A stretch of 64,000 bases of DNA, taken from an uncultured Bacteroidia bacterium (GTDB taxonomy: Bacteria > Bacteroidota > Bacteroidia > Bacteroidales > Prolixibacteraceae). The position numbers and the translations under genes are program-made. Of this stretch, positions 44,835 to 54,351 are shown in pieces. Position 1 is the first letter of the stretch. Every line of letters begins with the position of its first letter. The stretch covers positions 2,975-66,974 of the forward strand of contig CAIYPA010000299.1 of the NCBI GenBank assembly GCA_903927965.1, written 5' to 3'. A model generated the notes under the pieces. The model was not told where the DNA came from. It saw nothing but the letters and a program-made list of their open reading frames with translations, and searched no databases.

Positions 44835-45896
44835 ATGACATCATCTATGAAGCTTTCAAAATTTAAGTACAATCTACCGGATGAATTGATTGCCCTCCAT
44901 CCCACAAAAAACAGGGATGAATCTCGCTTAATGGTTTTGCACCGCAATACCGGAGAAATTGAACACAGGATATTCAAAGACGTAGTTGATTACTTCAACA
45001 ACGACGATGTGATGGTGTTCAACAATACGAAAGTCTTCCCTGCACGTCTATATGGCAATAAAGAAAAAACCGGAGCTCAGATCGAAGTATTCCTTTTAAG
45101 GGAACTTAACCGCGAACAACGCTTATGGGATGTCCTCGTTGATCCTGCACGTAAAATCAGGATTGGGAATAAGCTTTATTTTGGTGAAGACGATCTGCTT
45201 GTTGCTGAAGTAATTGACAATACAACTTCCCGGGGGCGTACCCTAAGGTTTCTTTTTGATGGAACTTATGAGGAATTTAAAGATACCCTGTACAAGCTTG
45301 GAGAAACCCCTCTTCCTAAATTTATCAACCGCCCTGTCGAAGAAGATGATGCCTTACGGTATCAGACAGTCTATGCCACACACGAAGGCGCAGTTGCTGC
45401 CCCGACAGCTGGTTTGCACTTTAGTCGGGAATTGTTGAAAAGGCTTGAGATTAAGGGAGTTGACTTTGCAAACATTACCCTTCATGTCGGGTTGGGCAAT
45501 TTCAGGAGTGTCGATGTTGAAGACCTTACCAAGCACAAGATGGATTCCGAACAGATCTGGATCAGGGAAGATGCTGTTGAAATCGTGAATACCGCCAAAC
45601 TTGACAAACACCAGATTTGTGCTGTTGGGACCACTGTAATGCGGACACTTGAAAGTTCTGTTTCCACGAATGGGATGTTAAAGCCATTTGAAGGCTGGAC
45701 CAATAAATTTATATTTCCCCCCTACGACTTTACTGTAGCCGACAGTATGATTTCGAACTTTCACTTGCCGCTTTCAACATTATTGATGATGGTCGCTGCG
45801 TTTGCAGGGTACGATAAACTGATGAATGCCTATAAAGTTGGGATCAAGGAAAAATACCGCTTCGGAACCTATGGCGATGCGATGCTGATCATCTGA
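44835..45896 (+). CDS. queA: S-adenosylmethionine:tRNA ribosyltransferase-isomerase
   Basis: 353 aa. [15 protein letters not shown]...[12 protein letters not shown] and [12 protein letters not shown] are conserved QueA blocks. Confidence 0.95.
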   Translation: MTSSMKLSKFKYNLPDELIALHPTKNRDESRLMVLHRNTGEIEHRIFKDVVDYFNNDDVMVFNNTKVFPARLYGNKEKTGAQIEVFLLRELNREQRLWDVLVDPARKIRIGNKLYFGEDDLLVAEVIDNTTSRGRTLRFLFDGTYEEFKDTLYKLGETPLPKFINRPVEEDDALRYQTVYATHEGAVAAPTAGLHFSRELLKRLEIKGVDFANITLHVGLGNFRSVDVEDLTKHKMDSEQIWIREDAVEIVNTAKLDKHQICAVGTTVMRTLESSVSTNGMLKPFEGWTNKFIFPPYDFTVADSMISNFHLPLSTLLMMVAAFAGYDKLMNAYKVGIKEKYRFGTYGDAMLII

Positions 45897-45920
45897 TGGT
45901 ATCTACCTATTGATTAACGA

Positions 45921-45960
45921 TATACAACAAAGGCCGGAAATTCCGGCCTTTGTTGTATAT
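45921..45960. terminator. Bidirectional rho-independent terminator between convergent queA and efp
   Basis: Near-perfect palindrome tatacaacaaaggccgg aaatt ccggcctttgttgtata. Confidence 0.8.
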
Positions 45961-45974
45961 CTTGATTAAAGAAT

Positions 45975-46544
45975 TTATTTTTTAACCCGCTCGTAATATG
46001 ACCGGTCACGGGTATCAACCCTGATGACATCCCCTTCGTTGATGAACATTGGTACCATGATCGTTGCCCCTGTTTCGACAGTTGCCTGTTTCAGGGCAGT
46101 TGATGAGGCCGTGTTTCCCTTTTCCCCTACTTCAGTATAAGTGATCTCAAGCTCAATAAAAGGAGGCCATTCAACAGTCAGAGGTGTCTCTGTATCAGCA
46201 TGGTACATAATTTCAAGCGTCATCCCTTCCTTCATCAGGTCGGCATTGTCAACAAGTTCGGTTCCGATGGAAACCTGCTCAAAAGTCTCAGCGTTCATAA
46301 AATTAAATCCCATTTCATCCTTGTAAAGGAACTGGTAAGGCCTGCGCTCAATGCGGACCGTATTGATCTTTGTACCTACAGAAAAGGTATTGTCGATCAC
46401 TTTTCCTGTTTTGAGGTTTTTTAATTTTGTACGGACAAAGGCAGGGCCTTTTCCTGGTTTTACATGTTGAAATTGTACAACCTGGAACAATTGTTCGTTA
46501 AATTCAATACACAGCCCATTACGGATTTCTGCTGTAGTTGCCAT
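45975..46544 (-). CDS. efp: Translation elongation factor P
   Basis: 189 aa. The sequence ...FQHVKPGKGPAFVRTKLKN... carries the EF-P signature loop. Confidence 0.96.
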   Translation of the reverse strand: MATTAEIRNGLCIEFNEQLFQVVQFQHVKPGKGPAFVRTKLKNLKTGKVIDNTFSVGTKINTVRIERRPYQFLYKDEMGFNFMNAETFEQVSIGTELVDNADLMKEGMTLEIMYHADTETPLTVEWPPFIELEITYTEVGEKGNTASSTALKQATVETGATIMVPMFINEGDVIRVDTRDRSYYERVKK

Positions 46545-46906
46545 TGTCTTTTGTATTTTAAGATATTTATAACTCGATAAAACCCTTCCGGGAAATTTTT
46601 TGCGAATTTAGACAAATCCATTCAAAGAATGAAAAAATGTTTGCTGTTTTCAGGAATAGACTATATTTAGCTAATGAATTGTATTCCAAATATTTAAAGA
46701 AGTCCTTTTCTATGGTAAATGAATTTTCCGAAAATTGCCTTCACAAATGAACTAACAATAATTCCTGATTTCAAGCTTCCATTGATTCATCTGCAACTTT
46801 TTGTACGTAAATCCCCTGCCCTATCCAAAAAAAAACTCCCAGCCTTGATTTGACCAGGAGTTTCTTTTTTATAATTCGAAGAGCGATAAGCCCTTTTGAG
46901 ATTGAA

Positions 46907-47752
46907 TTATTTTGTGGACCGAATGACGCCCCTGAAATAACCGATCGACTCGGCAATTCCCATAAATGGATTGTCCATGTTGATTTCATGCTCAAGGCTG
47001 CAAACGCCTGTATAACCGACCTTTCGCAGCATTTTAACGAAGGCCGGGAAATTAATCACCCCACGCCCTACCTCAAGCGAATAGCCAAGCTTGGTCTTAC
47101 CTGTTACATCTTTGATATGGATATCAAATACCCGCGATTGGTATTTTTTCAGGTCTGCAACCGGATCTTTTCCGTTTCTTGTATCATGACCAATATCCAG
47201 GCACATCCCGATTCTTGGATCGAGGTCTTTTACGTGGTTCCATACATCTTCAGCATCCGGATAAGTCTTAATATCCGGGCCATGTAGGTGTATTGCCAAC
47301 TTAAAATCATACTCTTTAACTTTTTTGTCAACATACGGCAAAAGTTCATAATTCGGGACACCAATAATCAACTTTACGCCTACCTTTTTTGCATATTCAA
47401 AAGCCTTGTCAATCTCTGCTTCGGACTTCAAATAAATTGGACCAACTGCATAACCAGTTACACCTTTTGATGCAAGCTTGGCCTTAAAAGCTGCAATTTG
47501 CTCATCGGTGCTTGTGAGCGGCAGATGGAAATCCTTGATGCAAAGATAATGGACATCGGTACGTTGCAGTGTTTCAAGTGCTTTGTCGATGTCAAATTTC
47601 AGAAAGGTAAAACCTGCCATTCCGATCTTAAACTTTTCGCCGGTTTCGGGTGCCGGTTGTGGGCCAGGGCGTTCAGGCTTATCCTGAGCAACCGACACCA
47701 ACGAAGTAATGGCCATTAATCCAATCATTAAAAGAAAAGAAAATTGTTTCAT
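46907..47752 (-). CDS. Secreted sugar-phosphate isomerase/epimerase (xylose isomerase-like TIM barrel) family protein
   Basis: 281 aa with an N-terminal signal peptide. Typical AP_endonuc_2-fold blocks are present: LAIHLHG, GMCLDIGH and SLEHE. Confidence 0.75.
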   Translation of the reverse strand: MKQFSFLLMIGLMAITSLVSVAQDKPERPGPQPAPETGEKFKIGMAGFTFLKFDIDKALETLQRTDVHYLCIKDFHLPLTSTDEQIAAFKAKLASKGVTGYAVGPIYLKSEAEIDKAFEYAKKVGVKLIIGVPNYELLPYVDKKVKEYDFKLAIHLHGPDIKTYPDAEDVWNHVKDLDPRIGMCLDIGHDTRNGKDPVADLKKYQSRVFDIHIKDVTGKTKLGYSLEVGRGVINFPAFVKMLRKVGYTGVCSLEHEINMDNPFMGIAESIGYFRGVIRSTK

Positions 47753-47853
47753 TAGTTAATTTGTTTTAAGGATTAACCCTATCTACAAAGGTTCATCCAA
47801 ATTTGTAATTAGCGAATATTCGCGCAAATTTAATTTAAAGAGTTGTCAATAAA

Positions 47854-48588
47854 TTGTATTTTCGGAATATTTTTAAACTGGAATTGAACACGCTCAATAA
47901 TAAAATAAATCGGGGTTTTGTTGCGGCAGGTGACGAATCAGATTATTGCGCTTTTAAAACAGGAGAATTGCTTGACTTGTTGAAAAGTCCCAAAGCTCAG
48001 GAACGGACAATTGCTGCAAGATGTCTTGGTAAAAGAAATGAAAATCATATCGTTGAAAAGCTGCTTTTCGCTCTGGATAATGAAAAGAAACTTTATCCCA
48101 AAATTGAAATTTGCAATTCATTGGCCAGGTTTGGGAACGATTCGGTGACAGGATTGGTGCAACGATTGGGGAAGATCGGGAAGAATCAATATAAAACCGT
48201 TCCTATAGCACCGTTTGTGAAAAACAGCTTTCCTTTGCCAAGGGATATTGCCGCCAGGACCCTTATCCGGATTGGCAAGGTTGCACTTCCATCCCTTTTG
48301 GAAGTCCTCAATAGGGAAGATATATCCAAAATTAGTGAGGCCGTTGATTCCCTAGGGTTTATTTGTTTTAAAAATCCCCTGCCTGAATATCTTGGACAGC
48401 TTTTAAATTGTTACAGAAAACATTTCAATTCCGATTTGATCAGGTGGAAAATATACAGGGCAATGAGTGCATTTCCGCAAAGTCGTCCATTTTTGGAAGG
48501 ACAACTTCACAATGAAATGCAATCCGCTATAATACAGGAGATCAGAAGAAGCCTGAAAATTATGGATAAATATGGTAAAATTATATAA
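47854..48588 (+). CDS. HEAT-repeat domain protein (start codon uncertain)
   Basis: 244 aa. It has repeated ...R..AA..LG... helical units (ERTIAARCLGK; RDIAARTLIRIGK). The track start is a TTG, and no in-frame ATG occurs in the N-terminal part of the ORF. Confidence 0.5.
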   Translation: MYFRNIFKLELNTLNNKINRGFVAAGDESDYCAFKTGELLDLLKSPKAQERTIAARCLGKRNENHIVEKLLFALDNEKKLYPKIEICNSLARFGNDSVTGLVQRLGKIGKNQYKTVPIAPFVKNSFPLPRDIAARTLIRIGKVALPSLLEVLNREDISKISEAVDSLGFICFKNPLPEYLGQLLNCYRKHFNSDLIRWKIYRAMSAFPQSRPFLEGQLHNEMQSAIIQEIRRSLKIMDKYGKII

Positions 48589-48599
48589 ATCAGGAAATT

Positions 48600-49040
48600 A
48601 TGGATATATCAATCAGGGAAGCAACAGAAAATGATTATTGGGCAATTGTTGAAATGTTTAAGGAATTTGCCCATTTTGAACATCTTGATGAACGGTTGGT
48701 CAATACGGTAGAACGGATGACCGAAGAAAAGGAATATTTTCATTGTTTTGTGGCAGTAAATCCTCAGGATGAGATTTTAGGATATGCAACCCACTTTTTC
48801 GCCTACTTTACCTGGACAGGCAAATCGCTTTACATGGATGATCTGTACGTAAGGGAGAAATACCGAGGGGCAGGTATCGGCAAGCTACTTATAAATAAAG
48901 TAATTGACTTTGCCAAATCGACGGGTTGCCATAAAGTTAGGTGGCAGGTTTCCGATTGGAACGCCCCTGCCATAGGATTTTACAAAAGTCTGGGTGCTGT
49001 GGTCGATGCCCAGGAACGGAACTGTGACCTTGATCTCTAA
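48600..49040 (+). CDS. GNAT-family N-acetyltransferase
   Basis: 146 aa. The acetyl-CoA binding motif YRGAGIGKLL follows beta-strand LYVREK. Confidence 0.85.
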   Translation: MDISIREATENDYWAIVEMFKEFAHFEHLDERLVNTVERMTEEKEYFHCFVAVNPQDEILGYATHFFAYFTWTGKSLYMDDLYVREKYRGAGIGKLLINKVIDFAKSTGCHKVRWQVSDWNAPAIGFYKSLGAVVDAQERNCDLDL

Positions 49041-49045
49041 ATAAA

Positions 49046-49627
49046 ATGAAAAGGGTATTACTGCTTTTGGCAAAAGGGTTCGAGACCCTCGAAGCGAGTG
49101 CTTTTATCGATGTGATCGGATGGAACCTTAGTGAAGGGGATGGAACGACACAACTCTTTACCTGTGGATTGGAACGGGAAATTAAAACTTCATTCGATCA
49201 GCAGTTTACGGTCGATTACCTGATAAATGAAATAGATACCAATTCATTTGATGCCCTTGCGATTCCAGGTGGTTTCGAAAAATATGGTTTTTATGAACAT
49301 GCATTTGATGAGCGGTTTCTAAACCTTATCCGTACATTTGATGCTCAAGGCAAAAATATTGCATCTATCTGTGTTGGAGCCCTTCCGATCGCGAGAAGTG
49401 GTGTATTGGTGAATCGTAATGCGACAACTTACAATAGAAATCCGGTAAGGCAAGATGCCCTGAGGAGCTGTCAGGTCAATTTGGTGAATGAGCCCCTTGT
49501 AATAGACGGCAATATCATCACTTCATGGAACCCTTCAACGGCCTTGGATGTCGCTTTCTTATTGCTCGAACGGCTCACTTCTCCCGAACAATGTATTTCA
49601 ATAAAACAGTTAATGGGATTTTGCTAA
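49046..49627 (+). CDS. DJ-1/PfpI family protein
   Basis: 193 aa. DALAIPGG and the nucleophile-elbow context IASICVGALPIA. Confidence 0.8.
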   Translation: MKRVLLLLAKGFETLEASAFIDVIGWNLSEGDGTTQLFTCGLEREIKTSFDQQFTVDYLINEIDTNSFDALAIPGGFEKYGFYEHAFDERFLNLIRTFDAQGKNIASICVGALPIARSGVLVNRNATTYNRNPVRQDALRSCQVNLVNEPLVIDGNIITSWNPSTALDVAFLLLERLTSPEQCISIKQLMGFC

Positions 49628-49692
49628 CTTTGCAATCGATGTCGGTCACGACCCTAATTGTCCTGAATGACATTGCATAGTACTCATAATTA

Positions 49693-50532
49693 ATGCCTTA
49701 TAAAATGGTATTTCAAAAAATGCACGGATTGGGGAATGATTTCATTTTGATGAATGGGATCGAACCTTCAAATTTTAATCTGCAAGAACTTGCAATTAAA
49801 TTATGCGACAGGCATCAGGGAATTGGTGCCGATGGCATAATTTTAATCCTGCCTTCCGAAATTGCCGATGTTAAAATGCGCATTATCAATTCGGATGGAA
49901 GCGAAGCCAATATGTGTGGGAACGGGATAAGGTGCTTTGCCAAATATGTATATGACAATCAAATCAATACCGCAAAATCGTTTACCATTGAAACAGGGGC
50001 TGGCATTATGGTTCCAGAGTTGATCACCGAAAATGGAAAGGTTTTGGCTGTTAAAGTGAATATGGGGTCCCCGGACCTGGAGAGGTCGGCCATTCCGATG
50101 ACAGGTGCAGCAGGAACTGTCATCAACGAACCTCTGACCGTTTCAGGCAAGGAGTACCACATTACGAGCATGCTTATGGGCGTACCACATACCGTGGTTT
50201 TTGTCGATCACCTGAACAACACCGATATTGTCACAATTGGAAGGCAAATAGAGAAAAATCCGTTATTTCCGAAAGGGACAAATGTCAATTTTGTGGAAGT
50301 GATCAACGACCATGAAATTAAAATGAGAACATGGGAGCGTGGTGCCGGAAGTACATTAGCCTGTGGAACAGGAAGTTGTGCATCTGCAGTAGCCTCATGT
50401 CTAATTGGTAAAACCGGCAGGACGGTCACAGTTCATCTCACATTGGGTGACCTATTGATCGAATGGGTTGATGGAAATGTTTACATGACTGGGAGTGCCG
50501 ACCATGTTTTCTCCGGCGAGGTTGCCATTTGA
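49693..50532 (+). CDS. dapF: Diaminopimelate epimerase
   Basis: 279 aa. KMHGLGNDF, SEANMCGNGIRC (first catalytic Cys) and TLACGTGSCA (second catalytic Cys). Confidence 0.93.
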   Translation: MPYKMVFQKMHGLGNDFILMNGIEPSNFNLQELAIKLCDRHQGIGADGIILILPSEIADVKMRIINSDGSEANMCGNGIRCFAKYVYDNQINTAKSFTIETGAGIMVPELITENGKVLAVKVNMGSPDLERSAIPMTGAAGTVINEPLTVSGKEYHITSMLMGVPHTVVFVDHLNNTDIVTIGRQIEKNPLFPKGTNVNFVEVINDHEIKMRTWERGAGSTLACGTGSCASAVASCLIGKTGRTVTVHLTLGDLLIEWVDGNVYMTGSADHVFSGEVAI

Positions 50533-50578
50533 CATCCATTTTCAATTCCTGATAAAATAGATTATTAAAAAAGAAACT

Positions 50579-50956
50579 ATGGAACCCAAAAACAGGTCAT
50601 CTCTTTTAATCGGTATCGTTTTCCTGATCCTGAGTTTTCTGGCGAATTCAGTTTATCACAATTACCTGAACAACAATGGTCCCGACCTCTCCAGATTTGC
50701 AGGCCCTTTGTCCTGTCTTTTTTATGTGATTGGCTTTTCACTTGTGTTTTTGATTAAAACCTTCAGCTATCCATCCATTGTCATTTTGGTTGTCTGTCTT
50801 ATTTCGATTGTGAACGAAATCAAACAATTCAGGGCTTCCGGAATTCTGGATGTAAATAACATTGTTGCATCTCTGATAGGCGGGGTTATTGCCTATTTGA
50901 TATGGAAAGCCATCGAAAAAAGATCAACAAATCAGGATAAAAATTCAACTCTTTAA
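50579..50956 (+). CDS. Small integral membrane protein, function unknown
   Basis: 125 aa with about four hydrophobic helices. I recognised no diagnostic motif. Confidence 0.45.
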   Translation: MEPKNRSSLLIGIVFLILSFLANSVYHNYLNNNGPDLSRFAGPLSCLFYVIGFSLVFLIKTFSYPSIVILVVCLISIVNEIKQFRASGILDVNNIVASLIGGVIAYLIWKAIEKRSTNQDKNSTL

Positions 50957-51011
50957 TGTTAATGCCTATTTCCCTATCTTTGCAAAAATATTAAGATCGA
51001 TATCAATCATC

Positions 51012-52538
51012 ATGAGCGAAAGAAAAGTAAGGGTCCGTTTTGCACCCAGTCCCACTGGACCACTACATATCGGAGGTGTCCGTACTGCCCTATTTAATTA
51101 TCTGTTTGCCAAAAAACATGGCGGTGATTTCCTTCTAAGGATCGAGGATACGGACCAAACCCGTTATGTTCCCGGGGCTGAAGATTACATCCAGGAAGCA
51201 TTGGCCTGGTGCGGAATTTCGATTGATGAAGGCCCAAAACAAGGGGGGCCTTTCGCCCCATACCGCCAAAGCGAACGAAAAGCACTTTACCTTAACTATG
51301 CTGAACAATTGCTCCAAAGCGGCTATGCCTATTATGCCTTTGATACGCCGGAAGAACTTGATGAAGCCAGGAATACGGCTGAGTCAAAAGGTGAAACATT
51401 CACATACAATGCCTTGTCGCGTGGGCAGATGAAAAACTCCCTTTCACTTCCTGAATCAGCCTGGAAAGAAATGGTCTCTTCAACACATTATGTGGTGCGT
51501 TTTAAAATGCCTGATAATCTGGATGTAACAGAGATAGACCTGATCCGCGGAAGCGTTACTTTTAATACCTCTTTGCTTGACGACAAGGTCTTGTTTAAAA
51601 GTGACGGTATGCCCACCTACCACCTCGCCAATGTGGTTGACGATCATCTGATGGACATTTCGCATGTTATCCGTGGTGAAGAGTGGCTTCCTTCGATGCC
51701 ATTGCATGTCCTTTTGTACCGTGCATTTGGATGGGAAGATACCATGCCCCGTTTTACCCACTTACCGTTGATTTTAAAACCAACAGGAAAAGGGAAACTG
51801 AGCAAGCGTGACGGTGACAAACTGGGCTTTCCTGTATTTCCGCTTTTATGGCGGGACTCAGAAACTGGTGAAACATCACGTGGATATCGTGAAGATGGGT
51901 ATTTCCCCGATTCTTTTATCAATATGCTTGCATTGCTAGGCTGGAACCCTGGTACAGAACAGGAGATATTTTCGATGGACGAACTGATCCATGCATTTTC
52001 GCTTGAAAGGGTTGGAAAATCGGGAGCCAGGTTTGATCCTGAAAAAACCAAATGGTTTAATCATCAGTATTTTGTCAAAAAGTCGGATGAAGAACTTGGT
52101 GCACTGCTGTTACCTTTCCTTGCAGATAAAGGCATACATGCCAATCCGGATATGGTTGCCAAAGTATGTGGGATGGTTAAGGAACGGTGCAATTTTGTTT
52201 CGGAAATCTGGGACCAAAGCTACTTTCTATTTGCTCCACCCACTTCCTATGATGAAAAAATCGTGAGCAAACGTTGGAAGGACGATGTACCTGCGATAAT
52301 GATTGAGATTGCCGGGTTCCTGGAAACGATAGAACAATGGAAAGCACCAACCATTAAAGAGCCATTTTCTGCCTTTGTAACCTCAAAAGGCTGGAACTTT
52401 GGGACTGTGATGAACTCATTACGGCTTTGCCTGGTGGGTGGTAGTTTTGGCCCTGATATTTTTGAGATCTGTGAAATCATTGGAAAATCTGAGACCATAT
52501 TCAGGATAAAAAAAGCAATCTCGGCATTGAACAAATAA
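51012..52538 (+). CDS. gltX: Glutamate--tRNA ligase
   Basis: 508 aa. RFAPSPTGPLHIGGVRTAL (HIGH region) and KLSKRDG (KMSKS-type). Confidence 0.96.
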   Translation: MSERKVRVRFAPSPTGPLHIGGVRTALFNYLFAKKHGGDFLLRIEDTDQTRYVPGAEDYIQEALAWCGISIDEGPKQGGPFAPYRQSERKALYLNYAEQLLQSGYAYYAFDTPEELDEARNTAESKGETFTYNALSRGQMKNSLSLPESAWKEMVSSTHYVVRFKMPDNLDVTEIDLIRGSVTFNTSLLDDKVLFKSDGMPTYHLANVVDDHLMDISHVIRGEEWLPSMPLHVLLYRAFGWEDTMPRFTHLPLILKPTGKGKLSKRDGDKLGFPVFPLLWRDSETGETSRGYREDGYFPDSFINMLALLGWNPGTEQEIFSMDELIHAFSLERVGKSGARFDPEKTKWFNHQYFVKKSDEELGALLLPFLADKGIHANPDMVAKVCGMVKERCNFVSEIWDQSYFLFAPPTSYDEKIVSKRWKDDVPAIMIEIAGFLETIEQWKAPTIKEPFSAFVTSKGWNFGTVMNSLRLCLVGGSFGPDIFEICEIIGKSETIFRIKKAISALNK

Positions 52539-52597
52539 TTCAAAGTTATTTGTTTTGATATTGAATCCAAATTCGAGGGTACACAGTCGGAATTGAA

Positions 52598-52763
52598 AAT
52601 AAGGTAAATAAGGTTTAATCGTAGTTGCAAACTAAATCTATAAAGGTTTCAAGAGAATATGTAAATAAGGTTTGACAGCCAATCAAACCTTATTTATACC
52701 TTTTTTCCTAACCTTAATAGCATGAGGGAGTAAGGATAACCCAACCTTATTTACCTTATTTAC
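52598..52763. repeat. Nested inverted repeats built from a TAAATAAGGT(T) motif
   Basis: The outer arms are aataaggtaaataaggtt (52598-52615) and aaccttatttaccttatt (52743-52760), perfect reverse complements. The inner hairpin is at 52661-52697. The motif occurs six times across both orientations. Confidence 0.8.
52661..52706 (+). terminator. Rho-independent terminator downstream of gltX (inner hairpin of the nested repeat)
   Basis: Stem gtaaataaggtttga / tcaaaccttatttat (14 of 15 bp) with a 7-nt loop, followed by accttttttcc. Confidence 0.7.
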
Positions 52764-52847
52764 AGGAATTGTAAGTAATAATCTGTCAAAGCTATATGCA
52801 GTTTATGCACTTCTATTATGAAGCATTGAAACCTTAATTGGATTTAA

Positions 52848-53603
52848 TTAATATAAAATGGCAACCAACGCTTCTTCGTACCGCCGTCCCACTTCTTTCC
52901 AATTCACAATTTTCCAGAAAGCATCCACATAATCGGCACGACGGTTCTGATAGTTCAGATAATAAGCGTGTTCCCAAACATCGAGTGTCAGAATAGGAAT
53001 TCCCCTTACCTCACTGGTGCTCATCAGCGGATTGTCCTGATTAGGTGTGGAACTCACAACCAGTTTCCCTTTTTCATCCACAGTCAACCAGGCCCAGCCA
53101 CTTCCAAACTGCTTCTTTGCTGCATTACTGAAAGCCTCCTTGAGTTTATCCATACTTCCAAAGGATTCATTGATCGCCCTTAGCAATTCCCCTTTCGGAG
53201 CCTGCCCCGACTCCGGCGCAAGTATTGTCCAGAATAACAAATGATTGTAAAACCCTCCGGCATTGTTTTTCACAAGTGCAGGACTATTTTCAATCTCGGT
53301 AAAGAGTTGGAACAATGGTTTTGCGGAATTATCAGTGTTCGCGGTTGCATCGTTCATGTTCTTGGTATAGGTGGCATGATGTTTTGAATAGTGGATCTCC
53401 ATTGTTTTGGCATCAATTGTTGGCTCGAGGTCTTTATAAGCATAAGGTAGCGGAAGCTGCTTCGACTGTCCCGTCAACTGATATTCGGATAATCTTGAAA
53501 ATACCTTGCTCCAAAACGAATTATCGGCAGGAAGTGGATTGCTTCCAAAGGTAAATGCAGAGAAAAGGACAACTACAAAAATCGAACTTAGTAATTTTTT
53601 CAT
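52848..53603 (-). CDS. sodB: Fe/Mn superoxide dismutase with signal peptide and ~40-aa N-terminal extension
   Basis: The SOD core runs from LPLPYAYKDLEPTIDAKTMEIHYSKHH to DVWEHAYYL. It is preceded by MKKLLSSIFVVVLFSAFTFG. I preferred the ATG at 53603 to the track start 53636. Metal specificity, and so the sodA/sodB label, was not determined. Confidence 0.85.
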   Translation of the reverse strand: MKKLLSSIFVVVLFSAFTFGSNPLPADNSFWSKVFSRLSEYQLTGQSKQLPLPYAYKDLEPTIDAKTMEIHYSKHHATYTKNMNDATANTDNSAKPLFQLFTEIENSPALVKNNAGGFYNHLLFWTILAPESGQAPKGELLRAINESFGSMDKLKEAFSNAAKKQFGSGWAWLTVDEKGKLVVSSTPNQDNPLMSTSEVRGIPILTLDVWEHAYYLNYQNRRADYVDAFWKIVNWKEVGRRYEEALVAILY

Positions 53604-53921
53604 ATTCAAATAATTAATTAAAATATACAAACACAATTCGTCCAGATAAATAAATATAAACTCTATTTGTATTTATTCTTAATAAGAAACACTTCAGGTC
53701 AAAAAAAGTTTAATATTTTTTTCGCTGGATGCAGAAAATGAGTTGAGATGAACATTATTCGGGTGAATAATCAACAAATAAAATTCCATTAAAGCATTTT
53801 AACAAAATTTATTTTCAAATAATAAATAAAATAATAGCGTATTGATATGATATCTAATAGATTGAAAACATAAAAATATTTTTGAAAATTATTTGGAAAT
53901 CTTCGGTTTAAACAGATTTAT

Positions 53922-53958
53922 TATAGTACGTTTGACTTTTCTAACAACTATTAACAAA
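53922..53958 (+). promoter_or_regulatory. Conserved promoter-like box upstream of SusC copy 1
   Basis: tatagtacgtttgacttttctaacaactattaacaaa contains TAcgTTTG, matching the Bacteroidota -7 consensus TAnnTTTG. An almost identical box lies at 59756-59792 before copy 2, while the surrounding leader DNA has diverged. Confidence 0.45.
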
Positions 53959-54351
53959 CGGTACAATAAAATGTTTACACCAAACAATAATTCCCTTTTA
54001 CCATAATTCCGGTAGAACAAGCCAAAAAAGACACTTACAGAACCAATCGTCTATTTAACATCTTTTTTTATAAGTTCGTAACATTTTGTATTTTGTGACT
54101 GAACTAGATTGTTTCTGATTGATAATCTGAATATTGAGATAAAGTGTACTTATCAGGTTGGCATAATTTTAAGTTTTAATGTTTCATAATAAAATTTTAA
54201 TTGCCTATGATATAAAAAACAATCCCAAATGCCAGTATGTCTTTTGATGCATTGGCAAAATAATTTCTTACTTATTTATTTATCAGTATCTTAAGGATAT
54301 TTGCCGATCAGAATCGTCAATCCGGGATACTACTAAACATTTATTTATTAT

